Source: a virus. Taken from it: a stretch of 64,000 nucleotides of DNA. The translations under genes were made by a program, and so were the position numbers. Under the pieces are notes generated by a model. That model was not told the DNA's origin. It did no database searches and was given only the letters and a program-made list of their open reading frames with translations. How positions within the stretch are numbered: position 1 is the first letter of the stretch; each line of letters starts with the position of its first letter. This document shows positions 1 to 9,400 of this stretch, piece after piece. The stretch is taken from positions 1 to 64,000 of the IMG/VR virus record IMGVR_UViG_3300008113_000144. The stretch is one strand, 5' to 3'.

Positions 1-3000
1 AACAGCAGGTAGAGAATTAAGATTTCCAGCAGCAATAGCGGTAGTAGCAATAGCAATAAGAGTGCCGATGCTATTACGAACATCAATACAAGAATCTGGG
101 TTATTGTTATTGTTCAATTCTCCCTGAACACCATAACCAAATTCTGTTGGAAGATAACCTGGATTTGGATCTCCAGTGATAGTTAAATCTCTTACGTTTA
201 GCTGGTTGGTTACAGCTAATCTCATTACATCTCTAGCCTTATTAAAGGCAGTGATCGACTGAGAAGTTTCGCCAACTAATCCATTTGAAAGTGGAATTGT
301 GTTGGTTAAGAAATATCTCTTGGTAGCTCTAATTGTATTCTTATTACCACCATCATAAAGGTCAGAAGCAACAGCGTCAACAATATAACCAATATCTCTA
401 CGACACTTGCTTTCTCCAGCAAAATAAGTCGTAGCAGTCTCAGCAGGTAGACCAGTTAGATTACCAGCACTAATTCTATCGGTGATGAGTGTGGTGAAGT
501 TGGTGATTGCTGTTTGAACATCCGAGCAAGCAGCAGGATCTGTATTAGCTACATTTCCACCGCCACCACCATACGTAGCAGGACCAGTGCTGACAGTGAG
601 ATCCTTATAATATAGACCGTTGTAAACGGCTAGCTTCATCATGTCTCTTGCTTTGTTGAAAGCAACGACAGACTGAGCAGTTTCTCCAACTAGACCATCG
701 ACAATTGGAGTGCCGTTGTTAAAATACTGAAGAACAAATTGTCTGGAATACTTATTGCTTCCAGAGAAAAGGTCTAGAGAAATAGCATCAACGAAGTAAC
801 CAATATCTCTACGGCACTTGAGATTACCACTTGCTTTTCTTACAGCAGGAAGACCTGATGTATTACCAGCTTGAAGTGTGGAAGTTAGGATAGCAATTAG
901 GTTGCTAACAGCAGTTCTAACATTAGCACATGAAGCTTCACTAATATTAGATAGAGTATCAGGATCTGCTGTAATGGTTGTATCCTTAACATATAGCTGA
1001 TTTGTTAAGGCTTTGTTCATCCAGTCTCTTGCTTTGTTGAAAGCAACAACAGACTGTGATACTTCGCCAGCTAATCCATTTGTTAATAGAGTAGTAGCAT
1101 TTTCAAAGTATCTGAGTGTGTAATCAATAGTTCTTGAATTACCACCTGTTTGAATATCGTAAGCAATGGCATCAACAATATATCCAATATCTCTACGGCA
1201 CTTAGCTTCTCCAGCAGGAGTTACACTAGCACCTGTGGTGATTGTTGGTAAAACGTTAGCTCCATTGATATTTCCAGCAAGTAATCTGGTTTGAGCAATG
1301 GTTGCTAAAGTTTCTACTGCTGTTTGTACATCAATACAAGAAGCGGCATTTCCTGATTGTAAAACAGCAATGTTAGGACCAGCAACACCATAAGAAGCAG
1401 GACCAGCGGTTATAGTGAGATCCTTAATATAAAGCTGATTGGTTACAGCTTTCTTCATCATATCTACTGCTGTTGTAAAAGCAGTATCAGCTTCTGATTC
1501 TTCACCAGATAACCCGTTAGTAATCTTAATGCCAGTTTCTGGATTAAAGTATTGCTTAGTAAATCCTACAGTAAACTGGTTGCCTCCATCGTAAATGTCT
1601 AAAGAAATAGCATCGATGAAGTAACCAATATCACGCTTACACTTAGCTTCTCCAGCAGTTACAAAACTATCTCCTGTAGTTGGTGTTGGAAGAGCATTAG
1701 CGCCATTAATATTACCAGCAGTGATTCTGCTTGTAATTAGAGTAGTGAGTGTTTGTAGAGCGGTTTGAACATCAGAACAAGCAGTTGGATCTGTATTAGA
1801 AACAGAACCTCCACCTCCACCGTAATTAGTTGGACCAGCAGTTACACTAAGATCTGTATATGCTAATTGATTTGTAACAGCAAGACGGCATTGCTCTGTC
1901 GCTTCATTGAAAGCAAAAACTGATTGGGCAGTTTCTCCAACTAAACCATTGGAAATAGCTAATCCACTTCCATCAAAGTATAGTTTTGTGAAAGCAATAG
2001 AATACTGGTTTCCGCCAGTTGCCATGTCAAGAGAAATAGCATCAACGAAGTAACCGATATCACGCTTACACTTAGCATTATCTCCTCCAGGAACAGTAAA
2101 TCCAGGATATTGTGCTTGCATTGAAGCAAAAGCAGCATCAATAATAGCACTTCTGTTCTTTTGAATTAGACGATAACCATCTTTAAATCTTGATCTGGCG
2201 TTGGTTTGAGCATCTCCAGGGTAATAAAAATCTGGATAATCTACAGCAATTTGAGCAGCAGCTCTATCAATAATTTCTTGACGATTCTGTTGAATTAGTC
2301 TGTAGCCATCTTTAAATCTTGATCTTGGACCAGTTTGTGGATCATTTGGATAGTAGAAATCAGGGAACTGAATAGCAATTTCAGCAGCAGCTCTTACCTT
2401 AATCTCTTCTTTGTTTGCCTTAATTAGATTAGCAGCATCATAGTATCTGCTCTGGTAATCTCTATTTACGTTTGGAAGACCAGTTAGATTACCAGCATTT
2501 AATCTAGTAGTGATGATTGATGTTAGGTTGGAAATATATGTTTGAACATCAGAACAAGCAGTTGGGTCAGTGTTAGCTACTGTAGCTCCACCAGAAGCAT
2601 AGATTGCAGAACCAGCAGTTACACTAGTATCAGTTACACCAAGTTGGTTAGCAACTGCTTTTCTCATTTCATCTCTTGCTGAATTAAAAGCAAGAACTGA
2701 TTGAGAAATTTCTCCAGCTAAACCATTAGTTGTTAGATTTCCTGAATTGTCAAAATATTGCTTGAGGAAATTGATGCTATTTGAGTTTCCACCGAGGAAA
2801 ACGTCAAGAGAAACAGCATCAATAAAATAACCAATATCACGTTTACACTTAGTACCATCTGGATCTGCTGGAATAGAACCACCAGAAGCAGTGTAAGCAG
2901 TATCAATGATAGCAGTTTTGTTTTGCTGAATTAAACGATAAGCATCAGCATAACGTGAACGCTCATTAGTTTGTAAATCGCCAGGATAATAGAAATCAGG

Positions 3001-5916
3001 ATACTGTACAGCAATCTCAGCAGCGGCTGTATCAATAATAGTTTCCTTATTCTTTTGAATTAGGCGATAAGCATCGTTGTATCTGCTTTGAGCGTTAGTT
3101 TGAGTATCACCAGGATAATAGAAATCTGGATGATCTACGGCAACTGCTGCTAAAGCACGATCAAGAATTTCTTCTCTGTTAGCTTTGATTAGATTTGTTG
3201 AATCCTTGTATCTAGCAGCAGAAGCATTAGGACTGATAAAGAGTTCTGGGTAAGCATCTTCAATGTATCTTGAAGTCTCTTGCTTGATAAACTCTTGGTT
3301 TCTAGCGATAAGATAGCTAGCCTCAATAAATCTATCAGTTTGATTATTAGAAATAATAGCAATGAAGAGATTTGCTAAGTTATTAATAGCAGCTTCTACG
3401 TTAGCACAATATGGCCAAACTGAATCAATTGTTACATCTGGATCATAGTATCTAGAAATATTAGAAAATTGTGGAGCATATAAATCGCCAGCTTGATTAA
3501 TTCTCCATCCTCTCATGGCGAGGACAGCTAAATTTCTAGCAATATCAAATGCTCTAATTGTTTCTGAAAGCTCCGTAGCAATATAACCAATACCAGTGCC
3601 TAGAACGTAATACTTAGCAGCTTCAATGGTGTTATGGTTTCCACCATATTCCATATCACGAACGATAGCACTCACAAAGTGACCGATATCTCTAATACAC
3701 TTTGCTTCGTTTGGATTTGTGAATTCTGGGAACTCAGCAATTACCTGCTTATAAGTTTCATCCTTGATAAACTCAAGATTATTTTTAATTAGATTTCTAG
3801 CATCTTGATATCTTCTAGAAATATAAGGAGTAGCTTCAAACTTGTTTGGTGAGTTTAAAAGAGATAGAGTTACATAATATGATACAGGAGAAACTGTAGC
3901 GTTTGCTGGAGTGTAATTGCTATCAGTAAACGAAGTCATGTTATCTTTAGGGATAACAAATCTTCTTGATCGGGAGTCGTCGTCAATCAGTACACCAACT
4001 TTATCTAAATCATAAATTCTTTGAATACCATTAAGGTTAGCTAATTCTGTTGGAAGACCAGAAATAAGAACTTCCTGACCTTCATGGAAATCATGAATAT
4101 TATCTACACCTTGAAGTTGATTTGTGTAGAAAATAATGCCACCAACTTGAGCTTGCTGAGAAGCATCAATTCTTACGATTGGGAAAGTTGTTGTGGTGTC
4201 TGTACCATGCTCTACAACTTCGCCTTCTGGTCTAATAGAAGAAAGGTCTACAATTGTAAATGTAAATTCTTCTGCCCAGTTAGAGCCATTCCAAGTATAA
4301 GTAATGCCATCATTTGGGTGAACAAAAGTATCTCCAATTGATGGCGAAGATGGCCAACCAGTATATTCTACAGGAGCTTCAATATAATAACGAGCACTTT
4401 CACCTTCAGCAAATACACCAATAGTAGCTTCAAAATCTATAAAGCCTTTTTGGTATGCTGTTGGTCCTGTAGTAGAATCAAAACTTACAACTTTAACAGA
4501 ACCAATAGCACTAGTATTAACACCATTAATCGTTTCACCAACAACTAACTTGTTGCCTCCAGCGTTAAAATCAAATACTGCTCTGAAAAGTGTTTTACCA
4601 AAGATTTGATGGCCAATTGGAAATCTTCTCTTGAAGTCTCCGCCATATGTTGGATCATAATATAATCTTTGCTTATCATCAAATACACAAGCAAAATTCC
4701 ATGTTGAAACTGGATTACCTAAAGTATCTAGTTTATCCCTAAACACCATACCAGTGATATAGTTTTTATCGGCAAACTTAAATACATGTTTACCAGGATT
4801 ATTTGGTCTTACAATTACAATTCTTAGCGAGTCACCAACAACCGAACAATCAGGTGGAATAGAAATTGGGTTATCTTCTACATAGTCACCACCAGCAATG
4901 ATAACTGTTTCTTTTACATTTCTTGATTCTGTAGCAATTTGACAACCACGCTTGATTGTTCTTACTGGAGAAGCAACAGATCTACCGTCATTTTCATCAT
5001 CACCAATTTGCTGAGATACGTAAACACGACCACCAACGTCGTTTGTAGCGAGGTTTAATACGTATTCGGTAGTAGCAATCTTGTTGGAGTTATCTCCTAG
5101 GGGAGGAGTAATAGATCTTGGCCAAGAAAGTTGACCAAAATATGGTTGGTTTGAATCATTTACACGAAAACCAACATGTTCTAATTCAACTGTACCATTA
5201 GTTACTATGCCACTGGTATGTAAAGGTGGATTACTTCCAGTAATACCAGTATTTTTTGCTCTATATAAGTTACCTTCATAATAACGAATAGAATTTTTCG
5301 TTAACGAAACGTTTGAAACCCAAACTTGTTCCGAGTTATTATCGAATAATTTTAATGAAGGTGCTCTAATAGCAAGATCGGCTGTTACAAAATTCTCTAG
5401 ATCTAGATTGAGAATTCTAGCAGTATCAGAAATAATAGATGAAGAAGTTCTAATAGCACCATTAACATCAATTTCGTAATCAATGGTATCTAATGTACAA
5501 GTTGCTACAGCACCACCGCCTGTAGTATCTCCTTCCGCATTTTGAATCGTAATTGAAGGTGGGGTAATATAACCAGATCCTGGGTTTGAAATAATAACTG
5601 CTATTACTCTTCCATTTGATAAAATTGTGCTAGCAGTAGCTTGAATAGAACCAATTCCAGCGGGAGGTGGATCTATAATTACCAATGGTGGTGTAGTATA
5701 TCCAGAACCCTGAGCTGTTACGTTAATATTATCTACACGACTTCCTGTTCTATTGACACCAATTCTCGGTAACTTGGTAGTTGGATCAATTAAAGCTCTA
5801 AATACTTCTTTTTCATCAGATCCTTGACCTGATCTAATGATAAAATTATCGCTACCAATAATATTAGGCGAATCAGATTTGATATATTGCTTATCAGAAT
5901 TAAATTCTAATCCCAT
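1..5916 (-). CDS. Giant virion structural protein (3'-truncated by window edge); DUF1565/pectin-lyase-like beta-helix start plus nested phycobiliprotein-like repeats
   Basis: ATG at 5916 (MGLEFNSDKQYIKSD...); hand-translated segments stay in one frame to position 1 (...AAGNLNSLPAV). Late promoter ATAAATA at 5966-5972. VYVSQQIGDDENDGRSVASPVRTIKRG...AGGDYVEDNPISIPPDCSVVGDSLR near 5030-4830. Seven KCxRDIG(Y/H) repeats. Confidence 0.9.
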   Translation of the reverse strand, partial: MGLEFNSDKQYIKSDSPNIIGSDNFIIRSGQGSDEKEVFRALIDPTTKLPRIGVNRTGSRVDNINVTAQGSGYTTPPLVIIDPPPAGIGSIQATASTILSNGRVIAVIISNPGSGYITPPSITIQNAEGDTTGGGAVATCTLDTIDYEIDVNGAIRTSSSIISDTARILNLDLENFVTADLAIRAPSLKLFDNNSEQVWVSNVSLTKNSIRYYEGNLYRAKNTGITGSNPPLHTSGIVTNGTVELEHVGFRVNDSNQPYFGQLSWPRSITPPLGDNSNKIATTEYVLNLATNDVGGRVYVSQQIGDDENDGRSVASPVRTIKRGCQIATESRNVKETVIIAGGDYVEDNPISIPPDCSVVGDSLRIVIVRPNNPGKHVFKFADKNYITGMVFRDKLDTLGNPVSTWNFACVFDDKQRLYYDPTYGGDFKRRFPIGHQIFGKTLFRAVFDFNAGGNKLVVGETINGVNTSAIGSVKVVSFDSTTGPTAYQKGFIDFEATIGVFAEGESARYYIEAPVEYTGWPSSPSIGDTFVHPNDGITYTWNGSNWAEEFTFTIVDLSSIRPEGEVVEHGTDTTTTFPIVRIDASQQAQVGGIIFYTNQLQGVDNIHDFHEGQEVLISGLPTELANLNGIQRIYDLDKVGVLIDDDSRSRRFVIPKDNMTSFTDSNYTPANATVSPVSYYVTLSLLNSPNKFEATPYISRRYQDARNLIKNNLEFIKDETYKQVIAEFPEFTNPNEAKCIRDIGHFVSAIVRDMEYGGNHNTIEAAKYYVLGTGIGYIATELSETIRAFDIARNLAVLAMRGWRINQAGDLYAPQFSNISRYYDPDVTIDSVWPYCANVEAAINNLANLFIAIISNNQTDRFIEASYLIARNQEFIKQETSRYIEDAYPELFISPNASAARYKDSTNLIKANREEILDRALAAVAVDHPDFYYPGDTQTNAQSRYNDAYRLIQKNKETIIDTAAAEIAVQYPDFYYPGDLQTNERSRYADAYRLIQQNKTAIIDTAYTASGGSIPADPDGTKCKRDIGYFIDAVSLDVFLGGNSNSINFLKQYFDNSGNLTTNGLAGEISQSVLAFNSARDEMRKAVANQLGVTDTSVTAGSAIYASGGATVANTDPTACSDVQTYISNLTSIITTRLNAGNLTGLPNVNRDYQSRYYDAANLIKANKEEIKVRAAAEIAIQFPDFYYPNDPQTGPRSRFKDGYRLIQQNRQEIIDRAAAQIAVDYPDFYYPGDAQTNARSRFKDGYRLIQKNRSAIIDAAFASMQAQYPGFTVPGGDNAKCKRDIGYFVDAISLDMATGGNQYSIAFTKLYFDGSGLAISNGLVGETAQSVFAFNEATEQCRLAVTNQLAYTDLSVTAGPTNYGGGGGSVSNTDPTACSDVQTALQTLTTLITSRITAGNINGANALPTPTTGDSFVTAGEAKCKRDIGYFIDAISLDIYDGGNQFTVGFTKQYFNPETGIKITNGLSGEESEADTAFTTAVDMMKKAVTNQLYIKDLTITAGPASYGVAGPNIAVLQSGNAASCIDVQTAVETLATIAQTRLLAGNINGANVLPTITTGASVTPAGEAKCRRDIGYIVDAIAYDIQTGGNSRTIDYTLRYFENATTLLTNGLAGEVSQSVVAFNKARDWMNKALTNQLYVKDTTITADPDTLSNISEASCANVRTAVSNLIAILTSTLQAGNTSGLPAVRKASGNLKCRRDIGYFVDAISLDLFSGSNKYSRQFVLQYFNNGTPIVDGLVGETAQSVVAFNKARDMMKLAVYNGLYYKDLTVSTGPATYGGGGGNVANTDPAACSDVQTAITNFTTLITDRISAGNLTGLPAETATTYFAGESKCRRDIGYIVDAVASDLYDGGNKNTIRATKRYFLTNTIPLSNGLVGETSQSITAFNKARDVMRLAVTNQLNVRDLTITGDPNPGYLPTEFGYGVQGELNNNNNPDSCIDVRNSIGTLIAIATTAIAAGNLNSLPAV

Positions 5917-5965
5917 GATTGTATCTCTTCCAAGAATTGTTGTTATTACAGGAATTTATTATTAC

Positions 5966-5972
5966 TATTTAT
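5966..5972 (-). promoter_or_regulatory. T4-like late promoter (ATAAATA)
   Basis: Motif 50 nt upstream of the ATG at 5916. Confidence 0.7.
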
Positions 5973-5978
5973 CAGGTC

Positions 5979-6488
5979 TTACCAAGAAACTGATACAACT
6001 TGTATGCTAGAAATCCATTTAACAACACCTGTTGCTCCATTTGCTTCTACACTAAAACTAAATTCACCAGAATTTCCAGTATCATAATTTTCTACTGACC
6101 ATGTTTGACCTGATGGTACATCATCTCTAAGAATTGTTGTCAAAGATGCTAAAGTAGAAACATCCCCAGAAGAACTACATTTAACAGTTGTCTCCACTTT
6201 AGTGGAATAAATTCCAATACCGTTTTGACCCACTCCTATTACATTAGCTGTAATAAAATTTACTGTGTTATTTTCTAATTGAATATAAGCATTTTCAGTA
6301 TTACTTTTAGATAATATAGCAGTATTTAATGCTTTTAAAATAAATTCAGATTTTTTAATATCTGTATAATTTACATTTTTTAATTCAAATGAATTAACAT
6401 TTTGAAGATCATAATTATCAGAAATAATGGTGGTTTGTTTTACACCAAAACCACCTTCTGAATTGAAAGTTTTTGTGTCTACTGGCAT
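5979..6488 (-). CDS. Virion structural protein (tail-associated, beta-rich)
   Basis: 169-aa ORF within the late tail cluster; similar in style to the C-terminal domain of the upstream fibre protein. Confidence 0.7.
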   Translation of the reverse strand: MPVDTKTFNSEGGFGVKQTTIISDNYDLQNVNSFELKNVNYTDIKKSEFILKALNTAILSKSNTENAYIQLENNTVNFITANVIGVGQNGIGIYSTKVETTVKCSSSGDVSTLASLTTILRDDVPSGQTWSVENYDTGNSGEFSFSVEANGATGVVKWISSIQVVSVSW

Positions 6489-6493
6489 TTTAA

Positions 6494-9400
6494 TTATCTA
6501 ATAAAGGTTTTTAAAATAGTAAATTCTATACTAGAACCGCTAGAAACGGAGCTATCTAATGTAGTTGTTAAACGAACATCTCCGTTTGAATCAAAATCAA
6601 AAGTAGCATCATATAAAAGATTTCCTGAAAGCAAGCTTTCATATTCTATGTTATATATGTTTGCTCCATTAGCAATAATATTATAATCAACCATATGCTT
6701 TTCGTATGTTGACAAATCAACAGCAATAATAGTCAATTTACAAGCAGATGCTAAATTAGGATCATACAATACATAAGAATTGAAATTAGTTGTATCTTTA
6801 ACTAAAGTAAATTTATTAGTTTCTAATACAGCATTAGCAAGTCCAAAATAAGTTAAAGTTCTATCTAAAACTTTCTCTCCTGTATAAGAACCTTCAGTAA
6901 AAGTTTTATTTACATAGATATCACCAGTAGCACTTAATCTTAATAAAGCGTCATTAGTAAGACCAGATTTTAATCCGATATCTAAATTATTTTTACCAGA
7001 ATAAAGCTTTGTTATTGTAGAACTCGTTGAATCGATACCAAAAGTATCACTAGAATATCTAACTCCATCAACATTAATGTTTAAGATATTATTGTTTGAT
7101 GTGATAGTATTAGCAGTCTGGAATGTTAATGATGTTTTTGTTACACGTAAAGTATTATCACCATCATTATAGAAGTATAAAATATTCTCATTAGCTCCAG
7201 ATGAAGATTCTGGAATAATATAAGTATTTCCATCTACGTCTCTAACGCCACCAAGACTTGTCCAAGCAGTGCCGTTGTATCCTTCATACTGAGTTGTAGC
7301 AGTATTAAATCTTACAGCTCCAGCTTCAGCAATACCTCTGTTTAGATTATTTCCCACAGGAAGAACAAATGAAGTAGTTGAATTTACTTTGACTAATTTT
7401 CCTGAGAATGGAGTAATAGTAATGTCTTCTGTTACGCTAGAAATATCACTATTAATAATTTTTAGTTTATTATTTACATTAAGTACACTATTAATATTAA
7501 CATTATTAATATTAGTAAATGTTAAATTACCATAGATTGTTCTGATGTATTCATAATTATTTGTAGTACCAGAAGTATGAGTAGGACCAGAACCACCAGA
7601 AGTTAAATTGGTAGTTATTTTGTATACGTTAGTTCCATTATGTACTAAATCGTCTTGCTCATATGTTGTAGCTGGCTCCCATTTCAAAACTCCTACCAAA
7701 TCAATAGATGAAATTGTATTAGCTGATCTAAATTCTAATTTATCTTGATCTAATTGTAGGGTATTAACCCCGTTGTTGTAGAAATACAGAATATTTTCAT
7801 TGGATCCAGCAGAAAGTTCGGGAATAATATAAGTATTTCCATCAACATCTCTTACTCCACCTAAGCTACTCCAAGCGTTTAAACCATAACCTTCAAATTG
7901 CTGGTTGCTAGTGTTAAATCTGATAGCGCCAGTTGTAGCAGAACCTCTTTGTCCAGTTGAACCAGTGGGAATAACCAAAGAAGTTTGAGCATCAACAACT
8001 ACGTTAGTTCCTGTAGAAGGTTTAATAGTTAACCCAGATAATCTAGTTTCTATTAAATTAGGAGAAAAGGTTAAATTTTGATCTATACTTAACGAAGTAT
8101 TTTTTACAACAAGCGAACCATTCGTGGAAACTAAAGAATTAATACTTTCAAAAACTAGATCTGTTGTAGTAATTTTTAAAGTATTGCTATTATTATTGTA
8201 AAAATAAAATATATTGTCATTGGCTCCTACTGTAGCTTCAGCAAGTAGGAAAGTATTTCCATCAGTGTCTCTAACACTTCCTAAACTAGACCAAACGTTT
8301 GTGTCTCCATCATAACCCTCAAATTGTCTTGTGTCTGTATTAAATCTAATAGCTCCAGTTTCAGCATCTAATTGTGGTCTCTGTACTTGAGTTCCTACTG
8401 GTACAATAAGTGCTCTATTAGAATCAATTTTTATATTTTTTCCTGGAAATGGCTTTAAAATTAGTGGATTTTCTAATAACGATGAAATTGTATTATCTAC
8501 AATTGTAGTAATATCATTAACGTTTAAACCATCAAGACATTTAACTTCGCCATTAGTAGTTATATTTCCGTTTGAAGATTCTATTGATAAAGTAATTGTA
8601 TTACTATTATCAAAAATATTAACTCTATTTGTACCGATATTAATATCATTAACAACATCAAACTCTAAAATATTTGATGCTGATAATTTTGGAGTCGAAA
8701 TATTTGTACTGGCTGTTAGATTGTCTGTTGTAATAAAGTCTGAATTAATATCATCAATAAAACCAAGTTGTCCTGTAAATGATACTGCTTCGACATCTCC
8801 TGTCAAAACCTCTACTTTTACAGGAGATGTTACAGATATTCCAGTTGATGTAAATGAGAACCCGCTACCGTCACTTGTATCTACAATAGTATAAGTTGCT
8901 TGATCTGGAGTATTATTGACGCCCGATACAGTAATTACATCGCCTACACCATAACCTGTTCCAGGATCATTTACTTGTATATTAGTAATGTTACCACCAC
9001 TAATATCAGTAACTACAACTGTGGCAGTACCATTTCCAATGGTAATTAAATCGTTTATTGAATATCCAGATCCAGGAGTATTAATTGATGCGGAAGTTAT
9101 CTCGCCACCAGTTACTCCAGATACAGTAAATTGACCACCTGTGCCATTTGGAATAGTTAATACATCACCAATTTGATAATTTTGACCACCATTTACAATA
9201 TTAATTCCAGTAATAGATCCACCCAAAATAGATGTTACTGTTACTGTGCCTCCAGTACCACCATCAATGGTTAAAATATCATTTACTTGATACTCAATTC
9301 CCCCCGAATTAATAATAACTGAAGAAATCGCTCCCCCAGGAGTAACCGAAGATATAGATAATCTAGCATCATCTGGCGCTGGTAGTCCAGTCTCTGGATC

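Noticed and set aside
1959-2150. Short minus-strand ORFs at 1959-2150 and 12706-12921
   Set aside because: Out-of-frame overlaps within much larger genes
1-3830. Repeats as a diversity-generating retroelement TR/VR pair
   Set aside because: Differences are not adenine-specific, conservation is at protein level, and no reverse transcriptase is seen
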